The notes under the pieces were generated by a model. The model did no database searches and was not told the origin of the DNA. It saw only the letters and a list, made by a program, of their open reading frames with translations. Source: Eledone cirrhosa (lineage: Eukaryota). From it: 64,000 bases of DNA. The translations under genes and the position numbers were made by a program. The stretch covers positions 32,674,001-32,738,000 of the forward strand of contig OZ024745.1 in NCBI GenBank assembly GCA_964016885.1, given 5' to 3'. Positions 11,070 to 25,800 of this stretch are shown piece by piece. Within the stretch, counting starts at the first letter, position 1, and every line of letters starts with the position of its first letter.

Positions 11070-14000
11070 ACCATCAGAGGAACAAAGATAGCCACAGTAC
11101 TAAATACCATCAGAGGAACAAAGATAGCCACAGTACTAAATATCATCAGAGGAACAAAGATAGCCACAGTACTAAATATCACCAGAGGAACAAAGATAGC
11201 CACAGTACTAAATATCATCAGAAGAACAAAGATAGCCACTGTACTAAATACCATCAGAGGAACAAAGATATCCACAGTACTAAATACCATCAGAAGAACA
11301 AAGATAGCCACAGTACTAAATACCATCAGAAGAACAAAGATAACCACAGTACTAAATACCATCAGAAGAACAAAGATAGCCACAGTACTAAATACCATCA
11401 TAAGAACAAAGATAGCCACAGTACTAAATACCATCAGAAGAACAAAGATAGCCACAGTACTAAATACCATCAGAAGAAAAAAGATAGCCACAGTACTAAA
11501 TACCATCAGAAGAACAAAGATAGCCACAGTACTAAATACCATCAGAAGAACAAAGATAGCCACAGTACTAAATACCATCAGAGGAACAAAGATAGCCACA
11601 GTACTAAATACCATCAGAAGAACAAAGATAGCCACAGTACTAAATACCATCAGAAGAACAAAGATAGCCACAGTACTAAATACCATCAGAAGAACAAAGA
11701 TAGCCACAGTACTAAATACCATCAGAAGAACAAAGATAGCCACAGTACTAAATACCATCATAAGAACAAAGATAGTCACAGTACTAAATAACATCTGAGG
11801 AACAAAGATAGCCACAGCACTAAATACCATCAGAAGAACAAAGATAGCCACAGTACTAAATACCATCAGGGGAACAAAGATAGCCACAGTACTAAATACC
11901 ATCGGGGGAACAAAGATAGCCACAGTACTAAATACCATCAGAGGAACAAAGATAGCCACAGTACTAAATACTATCAGAGGAACAAAGATAGCCACAGTAC
12001 TAAATACCATCAGAGGAACAAAGATAGCCACTGTACTAAATACCATCAGAAGAACAAAGATAGCCACAGTACTAAATACCATCAGAAGAACAAAGATAGC
12101 CACAGTACTAAATACCATCATAAGAACAAAGATAGCCCCTGTACTAAATACCATCAAAGGAACAAAGATAGCCCCAGTACTAAATACCATCAGAGGAACA
12201 AAGATAGCCACAGTACTAAATACCATCAGAGGAACAAAGATAGCCACAGTACTAAATACCATCAGAAGAACAAAGATAGCCACAGTACTAAATACCATCA
12301 GAAGAACAAAGATAGCCACAGTACTAAATACCATCAGAAGAACAAAGATAGCCACAGTACTAAATACCATCAGAAGAACAAAGATAGCCACTGTACTAAA
12401 TACCATCAGAAGAACAAAGATAGCCACAGTACCAAATACCATCAGAGGAACAAAGATAGCTACAGTACTAAATACCATCAAAAGAACAAAGATAGCCACA
12501 GTACTAAATACCATCAGAAGAACAAAGATAGCCACAGTACTAAATACCATGGGGGGAACAAAGATAGCCACAGTACTAAATACCATCAGAGGAACAAAGA
12601 TAGCCACAGTACTAAATACCATCAGAAGAACAAAGATAGCCACAGTACTAAATACCATCAGAAGAACAAAGATAGCCACAGTACTAAATACCATCAGAAG
12701 AACAAAGATAGCCACAGTACTAAATACCATCAGAAGAAGAACAAAGATAGCCACAGTACTAAATACCATCAGAAGAACAAAGATAACCACAGTACTAAAT
12801 ACCATCAGAGGAACAAAGATAGCCACAGTACTAAATACCATCAGAGGAACAAAGATAGCCACAGTACTAAATATCATCAGAGGAACAAAGATAGCCACAG
12901 TACTAAATATCACCAGAGGAACAAAGATAGCCACAGTACTAAATATCATCAGAAGAACAAAGATAGCCACTGTACTAAATACCATCAGAGGAACAAAGAT
13001 ATCCACAGTACTAAATACCATCAGAAGAACAAAGATAGCCACAGTACTAAATACCATCAGAAGAACAAAGATAACCACAGTACTAAATACCATCAGAAGA
13101 ACAAAGATAGCCACAGTACTAAATACCATCAGAAGAACAAAGATAACCACAGTACTAAATACCATCAGAAGAACAAAGATAGCCACAGTACTAAATACCA
13201 TCAGAAGAACAAAGATAGCCACAGTACTAAATACCATCAGAAGAACAAAGATAGCCACAGTACTAAATACCATCAGAAGAATAAAGATAGCCACAGTACT
13301 AAATACCATCAGAGGAACAAAGATAGCCACAGTACTAAATACCATCAGAAGAACAAAGATAGCCACAGTACTAAATACCATCAGAAGAACAAAGATAGCC
13401 ACAGTACTAAATACCATCAGAAGAACAAAGATAGCCACAGTACTAAATACCATCAGAAGAACAAAGATAGCCACAGTACTAAATACCATCATAAGAACAA
13501 AGATAGTCACAGTACTAAATACCATCAGAGGAACAAAGATAGCCACAGCACTAAATACCATCAGAAGAACAAAGATAGCCACAGTACTAAATACCATCAG
13601 GGGAACAAAGATAGCCACAGTACTAAATACCATCGGGGGAACAAAGATAGCCACAGTACTAAATACCATCAGAGGAACAAAGATAGCCACAGTACTAAAT
13701 ACCATCGGGGGAACAAAGATAGCCACAGTACTAAATACCATCAGAGGAACAAAGATAGCCACAGTACTAAAAACCATCAGAAGAACAAAGATAGCCACAG
13801 TACTAAATACCATCAGAAGAACAAAGATAGCCACAGTACTAAATACCATCAGAAGAACAAAGATAGCCACAGTACTAAATACCATCATAAGAACAAAGAT
13901 AGCCCCTGTACTAAATACCATCAAAGGAACAAAGATAGCCCCAGTACTAAATACCATCAGAGGAACAAAGATAGCCACAGTACTAAATACCATCAGAGGA

Positions 14001-17000
14001 ACAAAGATAGCCACAGTACTAAATACCATCAGAAGAACAAAGATAGCCACAGTACTAAATACCATCAGAAGAACAAAGATAGCCACAGTACTAAATACCA
14101 TCAGAGGAACAAAGATAGCCCCAGTACTAAATACTATCAGAGGAACAAAGATAGCCACAGTACTAAATACCATCAGAGGAACAAAGATAGCCACAGTACT
14201 AAATACAATCAGAGGAACAAAGATAGCCACAGTACTAAATATCACCAGAGGAACAAAGATAGCCACAGTACTAAATATCATCAGAAGAACAAAGATAGCC
14301 ACTGTACTAAATACCATCAGAGGAACAAAGATATCCACAGTACTAAATACCATCAGAAGAACAAAGATAGCCACAGTACTAAATACCATCAGAAGAACAA
14401 AGATAGCCACAGTACTAAATACCATCAGAGGAACAAAGATAGCCACAGTACTAAATACCATCAGAGGAACAAAGATAGCCACAGTACTAAATATCATCAG
14501 AGGAACAAAGATAGCCACAGTACTAAATATCACCAGAGGAACAAAGATAGCCACAGTACTAAATATCATCAGAAGAACAAAGATAGCCACTGTACTAAAT
14601 ACCATCAGAGGAACAAAGATATCCACAGTACTAAATACCATCAGAAGAACAAAGATAGCCACAGTACTAAATACCATCAGAAGAACAAAGATAACCACAG
14701 TACTAAATACCATCAGAAGAACAAAGATAGCCACAGTACTAAATACCATCATAAGAACAAAGATAGCCACAGTACTAAATACCATCAGAAGAACAAAGAT
14801 AGCCACAGTACTAAATACCATCAGAAGAAAAAAGATAGCCACAGTACTAAATACCATCAGAAGAACAAAGATAGCCACAGTACTAAATACCATCAGAAGA
14901 ACAAAGATAGCCACAGTACTAAATACCATCAGAGGAACAAAGATAGCCACAGTACTAAATACCATCAGAAGAACAAAGATAGCCACAGTACTAAATACCA
15001 TCAGAAGAACAAAGATAGCCACAGTACTAAATACCATCAGAAGAACAAAGATAGCCACAGTACTAAATACCATCAGAAGAACAAAGATAGCCACAGTACT
15101 AAATACCATCATAAGAACAAAGATAGTCACAGTACTAAATAACATCTGAGGAACAAAGATAGCCACAGCACTAAATACCATCAGAAGAACAAAGATAGCC
15201 ACAGTACTAAATACCATCAGGGGAACAAAGATAGCCACAGTACTAAATACCATCGGGGGAACAAAGATAGCCACAGTACTAAATACCATCAGAGGAACAA
15301 AGATAGCCACAGTACTAAATACTATCAGAGGAACAAAGATAGCCACAGTACTAAATACCATCAGAGGAACAAAGATAGCCACTGTACTAAATACCATCAG
15401 AAGAACAAAGATAGCCACAGTACTAAATACCATCAGAAGAACAAAGATAGCCACAGTACTAAATACCATCATAAGAACAAAGATAGCCCCTGTACTAAAT
15501 ACCATCAAAGGAACAAAGATAGCCCCAGTACTAAATACCATCAGAGGAACAAAGATAGCCACAGTACTAAATACCATCAGAGGAACAAAGATAGCCACAG
15601 TACTAAATACCATCAGAAGAACAAAGATAGCCACAGTACTAAATACCATCAGAAGAACAAAGATAGCCACAGTACTAAATACCATCAGAAGAACAAAGAT
15701 AGCCACAGTACTAAATACCATCAGAAGAACAAAGATAGCCACTGTACTAAATACCATCAGAAGAACAAAGATAGCCACAGTACCAAATACCATCAGAGGA
15801 ACAAAGATAGCTACAGTACTAAATACCATCAAAAGAACAAAGATAGCCACAGTACTAAATACCATCAGAAGAACAAAGATAGCCACAGTACTAAATACCA
15901 TGGGGGGAACAAAGATAGCCACAGTACTAAATACCATCAGAGGAACAAAGATAGCCACAGTACTAAATACCATCAGAAGAACAAAGATAGCCACAGTACT
16001 AAATACCATCAGAAGAACAAAGATAGCCACAGTACTAAATACCATCAGAAGAACAAAGATAGCCACAGTACTAAATACCATCAGAAGAACAAAGATAGCC
16101 ACAGTACTAAATACCATCAGAAGAACAAAGATAGCCACAGTACTAAATACCATCAGAAGAACAAAGATAGCCACAGTACTAAATACCATCAGAAGAACAA
16201 AGATAGCCACAGTACTAAATACAATCAGAAGAACAAAGATAGCCACAGTACTAAATACCATCAGAAGAACAAAGATAGCCACAGTACTAAATACCATCAG
16301 AAGAACAAAGATAACCACAGTACTAAATACCATCAGAGGAACAAAGATAGCCACAGTACTAAATACCATCAGAGGAACAAAGATAGCCACAGTACTAAAT
16401 ATCATCAGAGGAACAAAGATAGCCACAGTACTAAATATCACCAGAGGAACAAAGATAGCCACAGTACTAAATATCATCAGAAGAACAAAGATAGCCACTG
16501 TACTAAATACCATCAGAGGAACAAAGATATCCACAGTACTAAATACCATCAGAAGAACAAAGATAGCCACAGTACTAAATACCATCAGAAGAACAAAGAT
16601 AACCACAGTACTAAATACCATCAGAAGAACAAAGATAGCCACAGTACTAAATACCATCAGAAGAACAAAGATAACCACAGTACTAAATACCATCAGAAGA
16701 ACAAAGATAGCCACAGTACTAAATACCATCAGAAGAACAAAGATAGCCACAGTACTAAATACCATCAGAAGAACAAAGATAGCCACAGTACTAAATACCA
16801 TCAGAAGAATAAAGATAGCCACAGTACTAAATACCATCAGAGGAACAAAGATAGCCACAGTACTAAATACCATCAGAAGAACAAAGATAGCCACAGTACT
16901 AAATACCATCAGAAGAACAAAGATAGCCACAGTACTAAATACCATCAGAAGAACAAAGATAGCCACAGTACTAAATACCATCAGAAGAACAAAGATAGCC

Positions 17001-17900
17001 ACAGTACTAAATACCATCATAAGAACAAAGATAGTCACAGTACTAAATACCATCAGAGGAACAAAGATAGCCACAGCACTAAATACCATCAGAAGAACAA
17101 AGATAGCCACAGTACTAAATACCATCAGGGGAACAAAGATAGCCACAGTACTAAATACCATCGGGGGAACAAAGATAGCCACAGTACTAAATACCATCAG
17201 AGGAACAAAGATAGCCACAGTACTAAATACCATCGGGGGAACAAAGATAGCCACAGTACTAAATACCATCAGAGGAACAAAGATAGCCACAGTACTAAAA
17301 ACCATCAGAAGAACAAAGATAGCCACAGTACTAAATACCATCAGAAGAACAAAGATAGCCACAGTACTAAATACCATCAGAAGAACAAAGATAGCCACAG
17401 TACTAAATACCATCATAAGAACAAAGATAGCCCCTGTACTAAATACCATCAAAGGAACAAAGATAGCCCCAGTACTAAATACCATCAGAGGAACAAAGAT
17501 AGCCACAGTACTAAATACCATCAGAGGAACAAAGATAGCCACAGTACTAAATACCATCAGAAGAACAAAGATAGCCACAGTACTAAATACCATCAGAAGA
17601 ACAAAGATAGCCACAGTACTAAATACCATCAGAGGAACAAAGATAGCCCCAGTACTAAATACTATCAGAGGAACAAAGATAGCCACAGTACTAAATACCA
17701 TCAGAGGAACAAAGATAGCCACAGTACTAAATACAATCAGAGGAACAAAGATAGCCACAGTACTAAATATCACCAGAGGAACAAAGATAGCCACAGTACT
17801 AAATATCATCAGAAGAACAAAGATAGCCACTGTACTAAATACCATCAGAGGAACAAAGATATCCACAGTACTAAATACCATCAGAAGAACAAAGATAGCC
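11070..17900 (+). repeat. Higher-order duplication of about 93-98 monomers (offset 3351 bp, then 3528 bp)
   Basis: aagaaaaaag 11474/14825, taacatctgag ~11789/15140 and catgggggg 12549/15900 recur at +3351. gaataaag 13282/16810 and aaaaacc ~13770/17298 recur at +3528. Boundaries are approximate. Confidence 0.85.
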
Positions 17901-20900
17901 ACAGTACTAAATACCATCAGAAGAACAAAGATAACCACAGTACTAAATACCATCAGAAGAACAAAGATAGCCACAGTACTAAATACCATCAGAAGAACAA
18001 AGATAGCCACAGTACTAAATACCATCAGAAGAACAAAGATAGCCACAGTACTAAATACCATCAGAAGAACAAAGATAGCCACAGTACTAAATACCATCAG
18101 AAGAACAAAGATAGCCACAGTACTAAATACCATCAGAAGAACAAAGATAGCCACAGTACTAAATACCATCAGAGGAACAAAGATAGCCACAGTACTAAAT
18201 ACCATCAGAAGAACAAAGATAGCCACAGTACTAAATACCATCAGAAGAACAAAGATAGCCACAGTACTAAATACCATCAGAAGAACAAAGATAGCCACAG
18301 TACTAAATACCATCAGAAGAACAAAGATAGCCACAGTACTAAATACCATCATAAGAACAAAGATAGTCACAGTACTAAATACCATCAGAGGAACAAAGAT
18401 AGCCACAGCACTAAATACCATCAGAAGAACAAAGATAGCCACAGTACTAAATACCATCAGGGGAACAAAGATAGCCACAGTACTAAATACCATCGGGGGA
18501 ACAAAGATAGCCACAGTACTAAATACCATCAGAGGAACAAAGATAGCCACAGTACTAAATACCATCGGGGGAACAAAGATAGCCACAGTACTAAATACCA
18601 TCAGAGGAACAAAGATAGCCACAGTACTAAATACCATCAGAAGAACAAAGATAGCCACAGTACTAAATACCATCAGAAGAACAAAGATAGCCACAGTACT
18701 AAATACCATCAGAAGAACAAAGATAGCCACAGTACTAAATACCATCATAAGAACAAAGATAGCCCCTGTACTAAATACCATCAAAGGAACAAAGATAGCC
18801 CCAGTACTAAATACCATCAGAGGAACAAAGATAGCCACAGTACTAAATACCATCAGAGGAACAAAGATAGCCACAGTACTAAATACCATCAGAAGAACAA
18901 AGATAGCCACAGTACTAAATACCATCAGAAGAACAAAGATAGCCACAGTACTAAATACCATCAGAGGAACAAAGATAGCCCCAGTACTAAATACTATCAG
19001 AGGAACAAAGATAGCCACAGTACTAAATACCATCAGAGGAACAAAGATAGCCCCTGTACTAAATACCATCAGAGGAACAAAGATAGCCACAGTACTAAAT
19101 ATCACCAGAGGAACAAAGATAGCCACAGTACTAAATATCATCAGAAGAACAAAGATAGCCACAGTACTAAATACCATCAGAAGAACAAAGATAGCCACAG
19201 TACTAAATACCATCATAAGAACAAAGATAGTCACAGTACTAAATACCATCAGAGGAACAAAGATAGCCACAGCACTAAATACCATCAGAAGAACAAAGAT
19301 AGCCACAGTACTAAATACCATCAGGGGAACAAAGATAGCCACAGTACTAAATACCATCGGGGGAACAAAGATAGCCACAGTACTAAATAGCATCAGAGGA
19401 ACAAAGATAGCCACAGTACTAAATACCATCAGAAGAACAAAGATAGCCACAGTACTAAATACCATAGAGAAGAACAAAGATAGCCACAGTACTAAATACC
19501 ATCAGAGGAACAAAGATAGCCACAGTACTAAATACCATCAAAAGAACAAAGATAGCCACAGTACTAAATACCATCAGAAGAACAAAGATAGCCACAGTAC
19601 TAAATACCATCGGGGGAACAAAGATAGCCACAGTACTAAATACCATCAGAAGAACAAAGATAGCCACAGTACTAAATACCATCAGAAGAACAAAGATAGC
19701 CACAGTACTAAATACCATCAGAGGAACAAAGATAGCCCCAGTACTAAATACTATCAGAGGAACAAAGATAGCCACAGTACTAAATACCATCAGAGGAACA
19801 AAGATAGCCCCTGTACTAAATACCATCAAAGGAACAAAGATAGCCCCAGTATTAAATACCATCAGAGGAACAAAGATAGCCACAGTTCTAAATACCATCA
19901 GAGGAACAAAGATAGCCACAGTACTAAATACCATCAGAGGAACAAAGATAGCCACTGTACTAAATACCATCAGAAGAACAAAGATAGCCACAGTACTAAA
20001 TACCATCAGAAGAACAAAGATAGCCACAGTACTAATTACCATCAGAAGAACAAAGATAGCCACAGTACTAAATACCATCAGAAGAACAAAGATAGCCACA
20101 GTACTAAATACCATCAGAAGAACAAAGATAGCCACAGTACTAAATACCATCAGAAGAACAAAGATAGCCACAGTACTAAATACCATCAGAAGAACAAAGA
20201 TAGCCACAGTACTAAATACCATCAGAAGAACAAAGATAGCCACAGTACTAAATACCATCAGAAGAACAAAGATAGCCACAGTACTAAATACCATCAGAGG
20301 AACAAAGATAGCCACAGTACTAAATATCATCAGAGGAACAAAGATAGCCACAGTACTAAATATCACCAGAGGAACAAAGATAGCCACAGTACTAAATATC
20401 ATCAGAAGAACAAAGATAGCCACTGTACTAAATACCATCAGAGGAACAAAGATATCCACAGTACTAAATACCATCAGAAGAACAAAGATAGCCACAGTAC
20501 TAAATACCATCAGAAGAACAAAGATAACCACAGTACTAAATACCATCAGAAGAACAAAGATAGCCACAGTACTAAATACCATCAGAAGAACAAAGATAGC
20601 CACAGTACTAAATACCATCAGAAGAACAAAGATAGCCACAGTACTAAATACCATCAGAAGAACAAAGATAGCCACAGTACTAAATACCATCAGAAGAACA
20701 AAGATAGCCACAGTACTAAATACCATCAGAAGAACAAAGATAGCCACAGTACTAAATACCATCAGAGGAACAAAGATAGCCACAGTACTAAATACCATCA
20801 GAAGAACAAAGATAGCCACAGTACTAAATACCATCATAAGAACAAAGATAGTCACAGTACTAAATACCATCAGAGGAACAAAGATAGCCACAGCACTAAA

Positions 20901-22899
20901 TACCATCAGAAGAACAAAGATAGCCACAGTACTAAATACCATCAGGGGAACAAAGATAGCCACAGTACTAAATACCATCGGGGGAACAAAGATAGCCACA
21001 GTACTAAATACCATCAGAGGAACAAAGATAGCCACAGTACTAAATACCATCGGGGGAACAAAGATAGCCACAGTACTAAATACTATCAGAGGAACAAAGA
21101 TAGCCACAGTACTAAAAACCATCAGAAGAACAAAGATAGCCACAGTACTAAATACCATCAGAAGAACAAAGATAGCCACAGTACTAAATACCATCAGAAG
21201 AACAAAGATAGCCACAGTACTAAATACCATCATAAGAACAAAGATAGCCCCTGTACTAAATACCATCAAAGGAACAAAGATAGCCCCAGTACTAAATACC
21301 ATCAGAGGAACAAAGATAGCCACAGTACTAAATACCATCAGAGGAACAAAGATAGCCACAGTACTAAATACCATCAGAAGAACAAAGATAGCCACAGTAC
21401 TAAATACCATCAGAAGAACAAAGATAGCCACAGTACTAAATACCATCAGAGGAACAAAGATAGCCCCAGTATTAAATACTATCAGAGGAACAAAGATAGC
21501 CACAGTACTAAATACCATCAGAGGAACAAAGATAGCCACAGTACTAAATACAATCAGAGGAACAAAGATAGCCACAGTACTAAATATCACCAGAGGAACA
21601 AAGATAGCCACAGTACTAAATATCATCAGAAGAACAAAGATAGCCACTGTACTAAATACCATCAGAGGAACAAAGATATCCACAGTACTAAATACCATCA
21701 GAAGAACAAAGATAGCCACAGTACTAAATACCATCAGAAGAACAAAGATAACCACAGTACTAAATACCATCAGAAGAACAAAGATAGCCACAGTACTAAA
21801 TACCATCAGAAGAACAAAGATAGCCACAGTACTAAATACCATCAGAAGAACAAAGATAGCCACAGTACTAAATACCATCAGAAGAACAAAGATAGCCACA
21901 GTACTAAATACCATCAGAAGAACAAAGATAGCCACAGTACTAAATACCATCAGAAGAACAAAGATAGCCACAGTACTAAATACCATCAGAGGAACAAAGA
22001 TAGCCACAGTACTAAATACCATCAGAAGAACAAAGATAGCCACAGTACTAAATACCATCAGAAGAACAAAGATAGCCACAGTACTAAATACCATCAGAAG
22101 AACAAAGATAGCCACAGTACTAAATACCATCAGAAGAACAAAGATAGCCACAGTACTAAATACCATCATAAGAACAAAGATAGTCACAGTACTAAATACC
22201 ATCAGAGGAACAAAGATAGCCACAGCACTAAATACCATCAGAAGAACAAAGATAGCCACAGTACTAAATACCACCAGAGGAACAAAGATAGCCACAGTAC
22301 TAAATACAATCAGAGGAACAAAGATAGCCACAGTACTAAATATCACCAGAGGAACAAAGATAGCCACAGTACTAAATATCATCAGAAGAACAAAGATAGC
22401 CACTGTACTAAATACCATCAGAGGAACAAAGATATCCACAGTACTAAATACCATCAGAAGAACAAAGATAGCCACAGTACTAAATACCATCAGAAGAACA
22501 AAGATAACCACAGTACTAAATACCATCAGAAGAACAAAGATAGCCACAGTACTAAATACCATCAGAAGAACAAAGATAGCCACAGTACTAAATACCATCA
22601 GAAGAACAAAGATAGCCACAGTACTAAATACCATCAGAAGAACAAAGATAGCCACAGTACTAAATACCATCAGAAGAACAAAGATAGCCACAGTACTAAA
22701 TACCATCAGAGGAACAAAGATAGCCACAGTACTAAATACCATCAGAAGAACAAAGATAGCCACAGTACTAAATACCATCAGAAGAACAAAGATAGCCACA
22801 GTACTAAATACCATCAGAAGAACAAAGATAGCCACAGTAGTAAATACCATCAGAAGAACAAAGATAGCCACAGTACTAAATACCATCATAAGAACAAAG

Positions 22900-25800
22900 A
22901 TAGTCACAGTACTAAATACCATCAGAGGAACAAAGATAGCCACAGCACTAAATACCATCAGAAGAACAAAGATAGCCACAGTAGTAAATACCATCAGAAG
23001 AACAAAGATAGCCACAGTACTAAATACCATCATAAGAACAAAGATAGTCACAGTACTAAATACCATCAGAGGAACAAAGATAGCCACAGCACTAAATACC
23101 ATCAGAAGAACAAAGATAGCCACAGTACTAAATACCATCAGGGGAACAAAGATAGCCACAGTACTAAATACCATCGGGGGAACAAAGATAGCCACAGTAC
23201 TAAATACCATCAGAGGAACAAAGATAGCCACAGTACTAAATACCATCGGGGGAACAAAGATAGCCACAGTACTAAATACCATCAGAGGAACAAAGATAGC
23301 CACAGTACTAAATACCATCAGAAGAACAAAGATAGCCACAGTACTAAATACCATCAGAAGAACAAAGATAGCCACAGTACTAAATACCATCAGAAGAACA
23401 AAGATAGCCACAGTACTAAATACCATCATAAGAACAAAGATAGCCCCTGTACTAAATACCATCAAAGGAACAAAGATAGCCCCAGTACTAAATACCATCA
23501 GAGGAACAAAGATAGCCACAGTACTAAATACCATCAGAGGAACAAAGATAGCCACAGTACTAAATACCATCAGAAGAACAAAGATAGCCACAGTACTAAA
23601 TACCATCAGAAGAACAAAGATAGCCACAGTAATAAATACCATCAGAGGAACAAAGATAGCCCCAGTACTAAATACTATCAGAGGAACAAAGATAGCCACA
23701 GTACTAAATACCATCAGAGGAACAAAGATAGCCCCTGTACTAAATACCATCAAAGGAACAAAGATAGCCCCAGTACTAAATACCATCAGAGGAACAAAGA
23801 TAGCCACAGTTCTAAATACCATCAGAGGAACAAAGATAGCCACAGTACTAAATACCATCAGAGGAACAAAGATAGCCACTGTACTAAATACCATCAGAAG
23901 AACAAAGATAGCCACAGTACTAAATACCATCAGAAGAACAAAGATAGCCACAGTACTAAATACCATCAGAAGAACAAAGATAGCCACAGTACTAAATACC
24001 ATCAGAAGAACAAAGATAGCCACAGTACTAAATACCATCAGAAGAACAAAGATAGCCACAGTACTAAATACCATCAGAAGAACAAAGATAGCCACAGTAC
24101 TAAATACCATCAGAGGAACAAAGATAGCCACAGTACTAAATACCATCAGAGGAACAAAGATAGCCACAGTACTAAATATCATCAGAGGAACAAAGATAGC
24201 CACAGTACTAAATATCACCAGAGGAACAAAGATAGCCACAGTACTAAATATCATCAGAAGAACAAAGATAGCCACTGTACTAAATACCATCAGAGGAACA
24301 AAGATATCCACAGTACTAAATACCATCAGAAGAACAAAGATAGCCACAGTACTAAATACCATCAGAAGAACAAAGATAACCACAGTACTAAATACCATCA
24401 GAAGAACAAAGATAGCCACAGTACTAAATACCATCATAAGAACAAAGATAGCCACAGTACTAAATACCATCAGAAGAACAAAGATAGCCACAGTACTAAA
24501 TACCATCAGAAGAACAAAGATAGCCACAGTACTAAATACCATCAGAAGAACAAAGATAGCCACAGTACTAAATACCATCAGAAGAACAAAGATAGCCACA
24601 GTACTAAATACCATCAGAGGAACAAAGATAGCCACAGTACTAAATACCATCAGAAGAACAAAGATAGCCACAGTACTAAATACCATCAGAAGAACAAAGA
24701 TAGCCACAGTACTAAATACCATCAAAAGAACAAAGATAGCCACAGTACTAAATACCATCAGAAGAACAAAGATAGCCACAGTACTAAATACCATCAGAAG
24801 AACAAAGATAGCCACAGTACTAAATAACATCTGAGGAACAAAGATAGCCACAGCACTAAATACCATCAGAAGAACAAAGATAGCCACAGTACTAAATACC
24901 ATCAGGGGAACAAAGATAGCCACAGTACTAAATACCATCGGGGGAACAAAGATAGCCACAGTACTAAATACCATCAGAGGAACAAAGATAGCCACAGTAC
25001 TAAATACTATCAGAGGAACAAAGATAGCCACAGTACTAAATACCATCAGAGGAACAAAGATAGCCACTGTACTAAATACCATCAGAAGAACAAAGATAGC
25101 CACAGTACTAAATACCATCAGAAGAACAAAGATAACCACAGTACTAAATACCATCAGAAGAACAAAGATAGCCACAGTACTAAATACCATCATAAGAACA
25201 AAGATAGCCCCTGTACTAAATACCATCAAAGGAACAAAGATAGCCCCAGTACTAAATACCATCAGAGGAACAAAGATAGCCACAGTACTAAATACCATCA
25301 GAGGAACAAAGATAGCCACAGTACTAAATACCATCAGAAGAACAAAGATAACCACAGTACTAAATACCATCAGAAGAACAAAGATAGCCACAGTACTAAA
25401 TACCATCAGAGGAACAAAGATAGCCCCAGTACTAAATACTATCAGAGGAACAAAGATAGCCACAGTACTAAATACCATCAGAGGAACAAAGATAGCCCCT
25501 GTACTAAATACCATCAAAGGAACAAAGATAGCCCCAGTACTAAATACCATCAGAGGAACAAAGATAGCCACAGTTCTAAATACCATCAGAGGAACAAAGA
25601 TAGCCACAGTACTAAATACCATCAGAGGAACAAAGATAGCCACTGTACTAAATACCATCAGAAGAACAAAGATAGCCACAGTACTAAATACCATCAGAAG
25701 AACAAAGATAGCCACAGTACTAAATACCATCAGAAGAACAAAGATAGCCACAGTACTAAATACCATCAGAAGAACAAAGATAGCCACAGTACTAAATACC

